Counted from the stretch's first letter, positions 36,014 to 46,194 are shown. The stretch is DNA of 64,000 bases from Ketobacteraceae bacterium (GCA_965222725.1 OZ244969.1:1111939-1175938); one strand, 5' to 3'. Translations and numbers: made by a program. The notes: generated by a model not told the origin, from the sequence alone.

Positions 36014-36586
36014 ATGGGATTCGCCCGGCTTCACCTTCCCTTTAACCAGCAGGTGCGCATCCTGCTGGTGATTTTTATCGTTATCACCAGTGTGGAAGTA
36101 TTGAATGCACTGCTGGGGCGCATGCTGAACGCCTATGGCATTCTGCCCCGCTCGCTGGATCACTGGTATGGTATTCCTTTCGCCCCTTTTCTCCATGGCA
36201 GTCCCGCCCACTACGCCAGTAACATTATTCCGCTGCTGGTACTCAGCTTTTTTGCCATGCAGCATGGCATTTTGCGCTATCTGCTGGTCACCGTGGGAGT
36301 GATTCTGGGTAGCGGCTTTCTGGTGTGGTTGCTGGGGCGTCCGGCTATTCACATCGGCGCCAGCGGACTGATTTACGGTTATTTCGGCTTTTTGCTGGTG
36401 GCTGGCTTTGTCAGCCGGGAATTCAAGCTCATGCTGATCTCCGTGATTGTCTGGATTCTTTACGGCAGCATTGTTTACGGCGTGCTCCCGACTCTGCCGC
36501 ATATCTCCTTTGAATCCCATCTGGCGGGCTTTCTGGTGGGCGGCTTTGTGGGCTATCGCTGGGGCGGCGTTCGACAAAAACTGTAG
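36014..36586 (+). CDS. Rhomboid family intramembrane serine protease (short, 190 aa; rhombosortase-sized)
   Basis: Catalytic Ser in IGASGLIYG and His in SHLAGFLVG on TM helices. 6-TM topology. Confidence 0.7.
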   Translation: MGFARLHLPFNQQVRILLVIFIVITSVEVLNALLGRMLNAYGILPRSLDHWYGIPFAPFLHGSPAHYASNIIPLLVLSFFAMQHGILRYLLVTVGVILGSGFLVWLLGRPAIHIGASGLIYGYFGFLLVAGFVSREFKLMLISVIVWILYGSIVYGVLPTLPHISFESHLAGFLVGGFVGYRWGGVRQKL

Positions 36587-36657
36587 CCGCCCCTTGAATT
36601 CGTTATACTCAGGGCCATACAAATACAGATTCCCTGCACAAAAGGCACAGATTCTTT

Positions 36658-38697
36658 ATGAGTAATCCGCTGTTAAAGACAGATTCCCTTCCCCAGTTTT
36701 CTGAAATAAGTCACCAGCATGTGGTACCGGCCATGGAGCAGGTACTCACCGAAAGCAAAGCCGCCATCGAAGCCCTGGTGGAAAGTTTTGCCAGTGGCAC
36801 GCCGGTTACCCGGGAAACCCTGCTGAATCCCCTGGATGATATTGATGACCGGCTGAACAGCGTCTGGTCGCCGGTGAGCCATCTGAATGCGGTGGTGAAC
36901 AGTGATGAGCTGCGGGAAGCCTATAACGCCTGCCTGCCCAAGCTGTCGGAATACAGCACCTGGGTGGGTCAGAACAAAGGCCTCTATGACGCCTACAAGG
37001 CGTTACAGGATTCCAATGAGTATCAGCAGCACCTGACGCAGGCGCAACGCAAGGTGGTGGACAATGCGGTCAGGGATTTTCATTTGTCCGGTGTGGATCT
37101 GCCGGAGGACAAGAAAAAGCGCTTCGGTGAGATCCGTCATCGCTTGTCTGAATTGAGCAGCAAATACGGTGAGAATGTACTGGATGCCAATCAGGCCTGG
37201 ACCAAACTGATCACTGATAAAAAAGATCTCGAAGGTGTGCCGGATTCATCCCTTGAAGCCTTTGCCCATGCCGCCAAAGCCAATGAAAAAGACGGCTACT
37301 GGCTGACACTGGACATGCCCTGTTACCTGGCTGTGCTGACCTATTGCGAAAACAAGGCCCTGCGGGAAGAAATGTATTACGCCTACACCACCCGCGCCTC
37401 TGAAGTGGGCCCCAATGCGGGCCAGTGGGATAACGGCCCTCTGATGCAGGAAATTCTGGCATTGCGCCAGGAGCTGGCGGAGATTCTCGGATTTAACAAC
37501 TATGCCGAATGCTCCATTGCCACCAAGATGACGGAAACCACCGAGCAGGTAATGACGTTCCTGAATGATCTGGCGGAGCAATCCCTGCCCGCCGCCGAAA
37601 AGGAACTGGCCGAGCTGCAGGGGTTTGCTCAGGAACAGTTTAACGTAGCCGAACTGAATGCCTGGGATGTGCCTTTTTACAGCGAAAAACTCAAGCACGA
37701 GAAATATGAAATTTCCCAGGAGGCACTGCGTCCCTGGTTTCCGCTGGCCAAGGTGATCGAAGGTATGTTCACCATTACCGGCAAACTCTTTAACGTGACT
37801 TTTGCCGAGGAAAAAGTGGATACCTGGCATGAGGATGTGCACTTTTACCGCGTGCTCAGAAATGGCCAGCCCATTGCGGCTTTTTATCTGGATCTCTACG
37901 CCAGGGCCAACAAGCGCGGTGGCGCCTGGATGGCAGACTGCCGTGTGCATCGCCAGCTGGATGATGGCAGCGTGCAACTGCCGGTGGCTTTTCTGACCTG
38001 TAATTTTAACGGGCCCGTGGGGGACAAACCCGCGTTGCTGACCCATAACGAAGTCACCACCCTGTTCCATGAATTTGGCCATGGCCTGCACCATATGCTG
38101 ACCAAAGTGCAGGATGTGCCGGTATCCGGTATCAATGGTGTAGCCTGGGATGCGGTGGAGTTACCCAGCCAGTTTCTGGAAAACTGGTGCTGGGAACGGG
38201 AAGCCATTCCGTTAATGTCGGGCCACTATGAAAATGGCGAACCCCTGCCGGAAGCAATGCTCAACAAAATGCTGGCAGCGAAAAATTTCCAGTCCGCCAT
38301 GCAGATGGTACGCCAGCTGGAGTTCAGCCTGTTCGATTTTCGTATCCATCTGGAATATAAACCGCAAATTGATATTCATGGCATGCTGGAAGCGGTGCGC
38401 GATCAGGTAGCGGTATTGAAACCGCCGGCCTTTAATCGTTTTGAAAACGGCTTTAGTCATATTTTTGCCGGTGGTTATGCGGCGGGTTATTACAGCTACA
38501 AGTGGGCTGAAGTGTTGTCGGCCGACGCCTTTTCCAAATTCGAGGAGCAGGGTATTTTCGATGAAAGTGCCGGTAAGGACTTTCTGGAAAATATACTGGA
38601 AAAAGGCGGTTCGGAAGATCCCATGGATCTGTTTGTGGCCTTCCGGGGGCGCAAGCCGTCGCCTGATGCTTTGTTAAGACACAGCGGCTTGCGTTGA
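36658..38697 (+). CDS. prlC: Oligopeptidase A (M3 family zinc metallopeptidase)
   Basis: 679 aa. HEFGHGLHH zinc motif and conserved M3 architecture. Confidence 0.9.
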   Translation: MSNPLLKTDSLPQFSEISHQHVVPAMEQVLTESKAAIEALVESFASGTPVTRETLLNPLDDIDDRLNSVWSPVSHLNAVVNSDELREAYNACLPKLSEYSTWVGQNKGLYDAYKALQDSNEYQQHLTQAQRKVVDNAVRDFHLSGVDLPEDKKKRFGEIRHRLSELSSKYGENVLDANQAWTKLITDKKDLEGVPDSSLEAFAHAAKANEKDGYWLTLDMPCYLAVLTYCENKALREEMYYAYTTRASEVGPNAGQWDNGPLMQEILALRQELAEILGFNNYAECSIATKMTETTEQVMTFLNDLAEQSLPAAEKELAELQGFAQEQFNVAELNAWDVPFYSEKLKHEKYEISQEALRPWFPLAKVIEGMFTITGKLFNVTFAEEKVDTWHEDVHFYRVLRNGQPIAAFYLDLYARANKRGGAWMADCRVHRQLDDGSVQLPVAFLTCNFNGPVGDKPALLTHNEVTTLFHEFGHGLHHMLTKVQDVPVSGINGVAWDAVELPSQFLENWCWEREAIPLMSGHYENGEPLPEAMLNKMLAAKNFQSAMQMVRQLEFSLFDFRIHLEYKPQIDIHGMLEAVRDQVAVLKPPAFNRFENGFSHIFAGGYAAGYYSYKWAEVLSADAFSKFEEQGIFDESAGKDFLENILEKGGSEDPMDLFVAFRGRKPSPDALLRHSGLR

Positions 38698-38913
38698 ATG
38701 GCTGGCCACAGAAAATTTATTGCGGGCGCGGTATGCCCGCAATGCCAGAAAATGGACAAGTTGTATATTGAAGATGATCCGGCAGTGGCCCGCTGTGCTG
38801 CCTGTGGTTATGACATGCAGCAGGCCTCGGAACAAGATACCGAAACTACACCGGAAAAACCGGTGGATCAGGCAGTAACACTGGTCAATTTCAAGAAAAA
38901 AGAACAGCCCTGA
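38698..38913 (+). CDS. yheV: YheV-family putative zinc-ribbon protein
   Basis: 71 aa with CPQC...CAACGY. The start overlaps the prlC stop (TGAATG), as commonly seen downstream of prlC. Confidence 0.6.
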   Translation: MAGHRKFIAGAVCPQCQKMDKLYIEDDPAVARCAACGYDMQQASEQDTETTPEKPVDQAVTLVNFKKKEQP

Positions 38914-38968
38914 TAACAACCAAGAAAATCGATAACAACCCAGTCATTTAAAAAAAAAGGAATCCTCC

Positions 38969-39709
38969 ATGCTGAATTCTGTGGTAATCACCGGTGCCTC
39001 TTCGGGCATTGGCAAAGCACTGGCCTTCGAGTTTGCGGCGCGGGGTTACAATCTGGGGCTGGTGGCGCGGCGCAAGGAAGTGCTGGATCAGATCAAGGCA
39101 GATATTGAATCATCCCACCAGATTCAGGTGGAAGTGGCCAGCTGCGATGTGGCGGATACGGATTCGGTGTTCCCGGTGCTGGAAGATCTGAAAAAGCGCC
39201 TGAGCCAGATTGATATCGTGATTGCCAATGCGGGCATATCCGGTATCAATAAAACCGGCACCGGCAAGTTTGATAAAGACAAACAGATAATGGCGGTGAA
39301 TGTGATCGGCGCCATGGCGACAGTAGATGCGGCAGCCCGTTTGTTTCGCCAGCAAAAGTATGGCCATATAGTGGGGATCAGTTCGGTGGCGGCTTTTGTC
39401 AGTATTCCCGGCAGTGCGGCCTACTCTGCGTCCAAGGCGGCACTGTCCAATTACCTTCAGGCAGTGGGGATTGAGTTACAGAAACATCATATCAAGGTCA
39501 CTGCCGTGCATCCCGGCTTTGTCAAAACCGATCTGGCGCCCAATATGGAAAAGTATCCCTTTGTGATTGAAGCCGACAAGGCCGCCAAAGATATTGTTGA
39601 CGGCATCCTGAAGGAAAAGAAAAATATTATTGTACCCAATATGCCCTGGAGCATTATCAAGCGTTTATTGCCGCTGGTGCCTGGCAGTATTATGGAAAAA
39701 GTATTCTGA
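38969..39709 (+). CDS. SDR family short-chain dehydrogenase/reductase
   Basis: TGASSGIGKALA glycine motif, NAG and YSASK catalytic motifs. Confidence 0.8.
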   Translation: MLNSVVITGASSGIGKALAFEFAARGYNLGLVARRKEVLDQIKADIESSHQIQVEVASCDVADTDSVFPVLEDLKKRLSQIDIVIANAGISGINKTGTGKFDKDKQIMAVNVIGAMATVDAAARLFRQQKYGHIVGISSVAAFVSIPGSAAYSASKAALSNYLQAVGIELQKHHIKVTAVHPGFVKTDLAPNMEKYPFVIEADKAAKDIVDGILKEKKNIIVPNMPWSIIKRLLPLVPGSIMEKVF

Positions 39710-39742
39710 CCATTCTTACTTAAAACGCTTCTCTCAATACGC

Positions 39743-39767
39743 AAAAAGGGGCAGATGCCCCTTTTTT
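39743..39767. terminator. Bidirectional rho-independent terminator between the SDR gene (+) and the membrane protein gene (-)
   Basis: AAAAAGGGGCAGATGCCCCTTTTTT. Confidence 0.5.
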
Positions 39768-39798
39768 AATCCATGCGAAAATTCATGTCTCGCCGGTG

Positions 39799-40533
39799 TT
39801 AATAACTTTCTATCCCGAACGTTTCCCGGTACATCACCGCAAAGCCAACCGCCATCATGGGTACAGTCCATATCAGTCCCAGGCCCAGCGGAATCATACT
39901 GATGGCCAAAATCAGAGACATCACAAGCATAAACAGGAAAAACTTGAACCAGTGTTTGGCTATAGCCTTTCGTGAAGTTTCCATGGCATCCCAGGGGCTC
40001 ATGTCCCGGTCAACCACCAGGGGAATCGCCATCATATAAGCAATGCCAAGGTAAATGCCCGGGATAATCAACAGCAGAAAACCAATCATGATCATGATAT
40101 TCATCAGGATAGAGGTCAGCAGCAACTTGCCGGTTTTGCCAAAGGCGGAAAACGCATCACCGAATTCCACGGGGTGCCCTTTCAGCTTTTTCATGCAAAT
40201 AATAAAAATTCCCGCCATTACTGGTAACGTTACTACCATTATTACAACCTGCAAAAGCGGTTGCAGCAGCATCAGCATGGGCGAAGGTTCTGCGCTAGCA
40301 GTAGCAGGTATTGCCAGATAGACGAGCGCAGTAATAACTGCAAACAGGACTATGTACATCAGAATACCGGCACCAATAATATAGCGTTTTACGCCTTTGG
40401 TTTTTTCCCAGCCTTCTGATAAAACATCGGATAGATTAAAGTCGTAATTGCCGTTGATGGCATCTTCCAGGCTCTGGCCGTTATCGGATTTACTGACCAG
40501 CTCGGATTGGGGGGTGGCATAGCTTTCGTTCAT
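39799..40533 (-). CDS. Hypothetical inner membrane protein (multi-TM)
   Basis: The likely start is MNESYATPQ, with a GGAG RBS 8 nt upstream; the six-frame ORF extends further to 40584. Several hydrophobic helices. Confidence 0.45.
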   Translation of the reverse strand: MNESYATPQSELVSKSDNGQSLEDAINGNYDFNLSDVLSEGWEKTKGVKRYIIGAGILMYIVLFAVITALVYLAIPATASAEPSPMLMLLQPLLQVVIMVVTLPVMAGIFIICMKKLKGHPVEFGDAFSAFGKTGKLLLTSILMNIMIMIGFLLLIIPGIYLGIAYMMAIPLVVDRDMSPWDAMETSRKAIAKHWFKFFLFMLVMSLILAISMIPLGLGLIWTVPMMAVGFAVMYRETFGIESY

Positions 40534-40647
40534 GAGTGGGCTCCATGTCCTATAGTGATTATTCCTGCAGCATCTTTTATACAAGCCTGATTTAGGGTAT
40601 AGATCAAGCTAAAACTGATTAAGATTCAATGAAAGTAGTGTAACCCT

Positions 40648-40959
40648 GTGACAAAAGAGACTGACCAGGCGACAGGATCCAACTGGTTTCTTTACCTGAT
40701 TGAAGATGCAAAAGGGCGTTTTTACGCCGGTATTACCACTGATGTAGAACGGCGCTTTCAGGAACACTGTGATGTATTTGCCGGTGTGAGCGGCGCCAAA
40801 GGCGCCAAGTTTTTCCGTTCCAGCCAGCCTTTGCGGGTGGTATACCGGGAAGAATGCCGTGACCGGGCGGAAGCGTCCCGGCGGGAACGGGCCCTGAAAG
40901 CCTTGCCCAAATCCAGAAAAATGGCACTGATTGCCGGAGTGCCTGTGGAGGATATCTGA
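40648..40959 (+). CDS. GIY-YIG nuclease superfamily protein (UPF0213/YhbQ-like)
   Basis: The GIY-YIG-like N-terminus WFLYLIEDAKGRFYAGITTDVERRFQEH is typical of the YhbQ family. 103 aa. Confidence 0.65.
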   Translation: MTKETDQATGSNWFLYLIEDAKGRFYAGITTDVERRFQEHCDVFAGVSGAKGAKFFRSSQPLRVVYREECRDRAEASRRERALKALPKSRKMALIAGVPVEDI

Positions 40960-41738
40960 TGCAGCCTTACCTGTTATCCATTCCCCTTGCTCCTGTGTTG
41001 TACCTGCAGGGCAAGTACGCCAAAGCCATGACCCCCAAACTGCCGGAAGCGGAGGGTGATCGTGTGGGGCAGTGTGGGTCGGGTCCGGTGCTGAAGCTAT
41101 TGGTGCTGGGGGATTCAGCCGCCGCCGGTGTGGGGGCCTCCCGGCAGGACCGGGCACTGGCAGGTGCTCTGGTGCGTCAACTCAGTGACCAGTATCAGGT
41201 GCAATGGCGGCTGCATGCCCGCACGGGCAACCAGACGCTGGATACGCTGAACGGCCTCGATGAACTGCCGGATGACAGCTTCGATGTGGTGGTGGTTTCC
41301 ACGGGTGTGAACGATGTAACCGGTGGCGTAAATCTCACGATCTGGGCCAATCAGCTGCGGGAATTGCACAGGCAGTTGCAGCAGCGTTTTGCCAGCCGGC
41401 TGGTGCTGTTTTCCGGCGTGCCCCCCATGGGGCGTTTTCTGGCATTACCGCAACCCCTGCGGGCCTTTATGGGATTGCGCGCCAGTCTGTTTGATCTGCA
41501 ACTGCAGAAAACCGTGATTGCCTTGCCGGGCGCTGCCTATCTGGCCGTGGATGCCGAGTTTGATGACCGGTCACTGGCGGAGGATGGCTTCCACCCCAGT
41601 GAACATGCCTATGAACGCTGGGCGGAAAAACTGGGGTTGCGACTCAAGGGTGCCTTGCTGGCGCTGGAGGTGGCGGTAGAGCCCCCCGACAGCTATCTTC
41701 CTGATCAATCCCTGAAGCAGGCGACGGAAAAAAGCTGA
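40959..41738 (+). CDS. SGNH/GDSL-type hydrolase family protein
   Basis: LVLGDSAAAGVG (GDS block I) and DGFHP (block V). Confidence 0.6.
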   Translation: MQPYLLSIPLAPVLYLQGKYAKAMTPKLPEAEGDRVGQCGSGPVLKLLVLGDSAAAGVGASRQDRALAGALVRQLSDQYQVQWRLHARTGNQTLDTLNGLDELPDDSFDVVVVSTGVNDVTGGVNLTIWANQLRELHRQLQQRFASRLVLFSGVPPMGRFLALPQPLRAFMGLRASLFDLQLQKTVIALPGAAYLAVDAEFDDRSLAEDGFHPSEHAYERWAEKLGLRLKGALLALEVAVEPPDSYLPDQSLKQATEKS

Positions 41739-41779
41739 CGGGGGCCGTGTTCATCTTTTAATGGTTTAGGTGTTACCGC

Positions 41780-43330
41780 TTATTCGCTGGAAAGCTGAAT
41801 GGCGCCGGTTACCGTACCCGACCAGATATCCCCAAAAGGGCCTACCTGTGTGCCGGCATAAAAGCTGTTATGCCAGAACCAGCGCGACATGGGGCGGTAG
41901 AACACCGAATCCCCCGTATCCCAGTCCAGGGCTTCCAGATTCCAGACACTGTTGCGCTGACCAATACAATAGAACAGGTTGCTGGCTTCACTCATGGTGG
42001 GAATGCCGTTGGGGCAGCTGATATCCGGGTTCACCCAGGCGGTATCCAGGGTGCGGGTGTCAGGATTCCATTCGAATTTATGCACACCATAGGGTGCGTA
42101 TTTCGGGGTATTGCTGAAGAATACCACCCAGCCATTGATCAGATTGGAGATCAGCGGGTTGTTGGACTGGGCGATATCGGAGCCGTAGTCATTACTCACT
42201 ACCACTGCACCATAGCCCCGCACCATCACCGATTGTTCGGAGGCTGACAGGGTGCGCAACGGGTCGCCATAATCCACCGGTACTTCTGCTGCAATACGGA
42301 TATCCTTGCCGGGGGCGATAGGCTCCCAGTCCGCCGGAATCTGGTCCCGCCAGAACAGGACTAAATTGGTAATAGCCTGGCCATCGGTAATCACCACAAA
42401 TTTGTCCTGATCGCCCACGCCCATCAGCGACGGGGTTGAGCCGGAGCCTGCCCCCAGGCGACCTGGCACCTGCACGTCGGCGCCGTTTTCATAGTCCGCC
42501 TGCCAGGCGCCGGTGGCCGGGTCCAGGCTCAGTTCGGCGCCGGTCCACTGTACCCGGTACATGCGCTCGCTGGTTACCACATAAATGCCGCCGTCTTCGT
42601 CCACGGCAATGGAGTTGGACACAATCTCTCCGGTTTCACTGTCCCCCAGCCAGAGGTAGTGCAGCTCGGTGAAATCCCGGGACAACACCGCCACGGTGCC
42701 CCGCTTGGTGGCCATGGCAATATAGCCGTCGTAGGTCATGTTAATGCCCACGATGGGATCGTCCTTGGTGCTTCCCCGTAGTGCTTCCTCCGGCATATTG
42801 TAAGTGTCGGCCAGCATGATGTCGGAGAAAGGGTCGCCTGCCACCGAATCGGCGTAGGCGTAAAGTTTGCCGGAGCCGGGTACGTAAAACCGGTTATCGC
42901 GATCAAGAATGGTATAAGCCCCGGTAATGGCGTTCACCAGATTAATGCCGTCGGGTTTGCGCAGGCGGTGAATGCGGCGCTGTCCGGTGGGGGTGGCCTC
43001 CAGCTTGTAAACGTAATCGATACTGGAGCCCCAGGCCACGGTGGTGCCGTCATCATAGGGAGCCGACATGGCCAGGGTAATGTTCACTGCGCCGGTGTTT
43101 TCATAATCAGGAAAGCGGGTGGTTTCCGCAGACGTGGGGCCGGGTAAAGGCGAGGATCCCTGCACGTAGGGGGTGCGGTGGCTCATGGGCCAGGCGGAAT
43201 CCGCCAGATAGTCATTTTGAGGTGGCTCGTTAATGCCGAAGTCGGCGGACATGGCTGGAATGGGCAGGCTGCAGAGCAATGTCAGGCTGCCGGTCATCAG
43301 CATTTTTGTTGTTTTGCTGCTGAGTGTCAT
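41780..43330 (-). CDS. Secreted hypothetical protein (516 aa, beta-rich)
   Basis: N-terminal signal peptide (LTLLCSLPIPAMSA). No catalytic motif recognised. The divergent neighbour is an AraC-family regulator. Confidence 0.45.
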   Translation of the reverse strand: MTLSSKTTKMLMTGSLTLLCSLPIPAMSADFGINEPPQNDYLADSAWPMSHRTPYVQGSSPLPGPTSAETTRFPDYENTGAVNITLAMSAPYDDGTTVAWGSSIDYVYKLEATPTGQRRIHRLRKPDGINLVNAITGAYTILDRDNRFYVPGSGKLYAYADSVAGDPFSDIMLADTYNMPEEALRGSTKDDPIVGINMTYDGYIAMATKRGTVAVLSRDFTELHYLWLGDSETGEIVSNSIAVDEDGGIYVVTSERMYRVQWTGAELSLDPATGAWQADYENGADVQVPGRLGAGSGSTPSLMGVGDQDKFVVITDGQAITNLVLFWRDQIPADWEPIAPGKDIRIAAEVPVDYGDPLRTLSASEQSVMVRGYGAVVVSNDYGSDIAQSNNPLISNLINGWVVFFSNTPKYAPYGVHKFEWNPDTRTLDTAWVNPDISCPNGIPTMSEASNLFYCIGQRNSVWNLEALDWDTGDSVFYRPMSRWFWHNSFYAGTQVGPFGDIWSGTVTGAIQLSSE

Positions 43331-43488
43331 TGGGTTTCCCTCGTTGTGGTTATATTGCCTGTTGGCTTGTTCAGGTCTGGGAACAGGTTACTGGGGAATA
43401 CCAGGGAATAGTGCTCCGGGAGCGGCGAAGATTTACCAATTTACGACACTCATGGTATGTTGAGGGATCTTTTACCGGACAGGCACCT

Positions 43489-44511
43489 ATGACCACCACC
43501 TCTTCCCCTTCTCCCGCAAGGGCCACCACTATCGGCACCTGGGCTAATGCCATTATCCGTGCCCTGGACAGTTACGGTGTGGATGGCGTGGCCTTATGTC
43601 GGGAGGCGGGCATTGACGTGCAGCGCACCACCGATCCCAATTACCGGATTCCTGTCAGCGTTATGACACCTCTGTGGCGTCGGGCAGTGGAACTCAGTGG
43701 CGATGGTGCTTTCGGGCTACGGGTAGCGGAGCATGTTTCCCCCACCACCTTTCATGCCCTGGGCTTTGCCTCTCTGGCCAGTCGTAATTTTCAGGACGTG
43801 GCCCGGCTGATCGTGAACAATGTGGCCGTGGTCAGCGAGGTGGCCAAAGTACGTTTGCAGATGAAGCCGGATCAGATCTGGTTTTACGTGGATATTCTGG
43901 AAGACGGGCCCGAGGTGAGCGATGAAGCCGTCGATGCGTTTCTGGGCTCGCTGATTTATATCGGCCGGCATTTTGTGGGTGCGGAATTGCCGTTAACGGA
44001 GGTGCGGCTGCGCCGGCCGGACACGGGTATCGCCCAACAGTTTGAAGCCTTTTTCCGCACCCCGGTGCATTTTTCCTGCGAGGCCAATGCGTTGGTGGGG
44101 CCGCTCAGTGCCGCCAGCCAGCTGATGCCCGGTTACAATCCGATGCTGGTAGAAGCCAACGAAAAACTGCTGAACGAATACCGGGCCACCCAGTCCCGCT
44201 CGCTGGTGGCCCGGGTGGAACAGCAGATTGAAACCCTGTTGCCGGAAGAACCGGTGCAACAGCTGGTGGCGCAACAGCTGCACATGAGTGTGCGTAAACT
44301 GCAGCGGGCACTGGAGAAAGAAGAGACCTCCTATCAGCAGATTCTGGATCAGTACCGGGAACGGAAAGCCCGGGCACTGCTGAAAGAAAACCGGGTCAGC
44401 GTAAAAGAAATTGCCTGGCAACTGGGGTTTGCCAATCAGAGCGCCTTTACCCGCGCCTTTAAACGCTGGACCGGTAAAACACCGCGGCAAACCCAGGGAA
44501 GCGCTGAATAA
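43489..44511 (+). CDS. AraC family transcriptional regulator
   Basis: C-terminal AraC-type HTH (VKEIAWQLGFANQSAFTRAFKRWTGKTPRQ). The start is set at the ATG at 43489; the six-frame ORF from 43324 would overlap the divergent gene. Confidence 0.75.
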   Translation: MTTTSSPSPARATTIGTWANAIIRALDSYGVDGVALCREAGIDVQRTTDPNYRIPVSVMTPLWRRAVELSGDGAFGLRVAEHVSPTTFHALGFASLASRNFQDVARLIVNNVAVVSEVAKVRLQMKPDQIWFYVDILEDGPEVSDEAVDAFLGSLIYIGRHFVGAELPLTEVRLRRPDTGIAQQFEAFFRTPVHFSCEANALVGPLSAASQLMPGYNPMLVEANEKLLNEYRATQSRSLVARVEQQIETLLPEEPVQQLVAQQLHMSVRKLQRALEKEETSYQQILDQYRERKARALLKENRVSVKEIAWQLGFANQSAFTRAFKRWTGKTPRQTQGSAE

Positions 44512-44731
44512 GTCTGTGCGGATTCAGTCTCTGTTGCCTCTGACTATACCGCTTGATCTTTCGGACAGAAATACAGGTAGCTATCACTTTATTCTGTGAG
44601 CGTCAATCCTCCTTAAGCACCCCTTTGCTTTTGAACAGCTGTGCAATAATCCGCGGGAGCCGTGAATTACGGCTCAATATCACGGGAAGGTATTTCTTTT
44701 TTCAGACCGCCGGAGGCATAAGGAACCCTCA

Positions 44732-46111
44732 ATGAATATTTCACTCGCACACCTCGCACTACCCTTGCCATTGCGCATGCTGGCACTGATGCTGGTAGCC
44801 GCATTCATGACCGGCTGCGACAAGCCACCACCCACCAACGAAGAAATTTTTGTGAACCCGCCCGCCAGTACTCAGTTTGAGTCCGACAGCGGCGAGGTCA
44901 TGCTGAGTCAGCTCAGTTCCACCACCGTGTGTTACACCACCGACAGCAGCGACCCACAAATCAGCGGCGGCAACTGTGGCGGCGGTACCACCCTGGAATA
45001 TCAAAGCAGCATTCTGCTGGCCTGTGCCAGCGGCGAAACCGGTGAATCCGTTATCCGCGAAGTCAAACTGGCCTTTGAATGGCAGCAACGTTCCGGCACG
45101 ACCCTGGAAAACCGGGATGCCCTGTTCTTCCTGAACTGTAATAACAGCGGCGGTGGTACCGACACCGATGGTGACGGCATTCCTGATGTCAACGATAACT
45201 GTCCGTCCGAGTACAACCCGAATCAGGAAGATGACGACGACGATGGTGTTGGCGATCTCTGTGACTTCGATCAGGATAACGATGGTATCGATGATGACGC
45301 GGATAACTGCCCGGCGGATGCCAACCCTGATCAGGCGGACGGCGACAACGATAACATTGGTGATGTGTGTGATACCGATGCTGACAATGACGGCGTTGCC
45401 AATGAAGAAGACAACTGTCCCTATGCACCCAACGCCGGTCAGGAAGATGGTGATGGTATAGGCGACGCCTGTGATTCCCTGTTTGATACCGATGGCGACG
45501 GCGTGGCGGATGATGTGGATAACTGTCCGGATACCCCGAATGCGGATCAGGCCGATTCAGATCTGGATGGTATTGGTGATGTGTGTGATGCACCGGATCA
45601 CGTCGGTACCGATAAATTCTTCTACGACTACCTGGATTTGCTGGATCGCTTGCTGGATATCATGCAGTGCAAATACAACAGCTGTAATCCCCCGGACGGT
45701 ACCTTTAACTGGTCCATTGATGCGTCCAATTCCGAACTGGAAGCCGGCTCCGCCAACTGGAAAGCGACTATCAATACCCTCTTCCCGCCCACGGCCAGAA
45801 TGACCTTTACCGCCAACAATGCCATGCTGGACAGTTGCGTGGGTAACGGTTCTGCCTCCGGTGTTCTTAACAGCACCGCTACTGGCCCGCTCAATACCGG
45901 CACACCCATCGAGTTTAACTGCGACGGTTTGAGCGGTTATATCGAGATGCGCCTGAACCTGACCGTCGGTGAAGTCACCGGTGGTTATTATGATGCCTAC
46001 TGCCTGGAAGCGGAGTGTGAAGCCACTGCCGTGCGGTACCGTATTATTGGCGTTGATGCCGATGACGAGCTGGTTTATTCCCGTGAAGTGCTGGGTAATA
46101 TTCTGCCCTGA
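44732..46111 (+). CDS. Lipoprotein with thrombospondin type-3-like calcium-binding repeats
   Basis: Lipobox (AAFMTGCDK). About 8 repeats of DxDxDGxxDxxDNCPxxxNxxQxDxD (residues about 140-290). Confidence 0.65.
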   Translation: MNISLAHLALPLPLRMLALMLVAAFMTGCDKPPPTNEEIFVNPPASTQFESDSGEVMLSQLSSTTVCYTTDSSDPQISGGNCGGGTTLEYQSSILLACASGETGESVIREVKLAFEWQQRSGTTLENRDALFFLNCNNSGGGTDTDGDGIPDVNDNCPSEYNPNQEDDDDDGVGDLCDFDQDNDGIDDDADNCPADANPDQADGDNDNIGDVCDTDADNDGVANEEDNCPYAPNAGQEDGDGIGDACDSLFDTDGDGVADDVDNCPDTPNADQADSDLDGIGDVCDAPDHVGTDKFFYDYLDLLDRLLDIMQCKYNSCNPPDGTFNWSIDASNSELEAGSANWKATINTLFPPTARMTFTANNAMLDSCVGNGSASGVLNSTATGPLNTGTPIEFNCDGLSGYIEMRLNLTVGEVTGGYYDAYCLEAECEATAVRYRIIGVDADDELVYSREVLGNILP

Positions 46112-46133
46112 TACCGGAATAGTCAGTAGCTAT

Positions 46134-46177
46134 AAAAACGGGCGCCTGTTGTTGTGACAGGCGCCCGTTTTATTTTT
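46134..46177. terminator. Bidirectional rho-independent terminator between convergent genes
   Basis: AAAAACGGGCGCCTGT-tgttgtg-ACAGGCGCCCGTTTTATTTTT. Confidence 0.6.
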
Positions 46178-46194
46178 CGTTTTGCAAAACGTTC

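Noticed and set aside
43324-43488. N-terminal 55 residues of the track ORF for the AraC regulator
   Set aside because: This part would overlap the start of the divergent secreted-protein gene and has no similarity to AraC N-terminal domains. The ATG at 43489 gives a sensibly sized protein.
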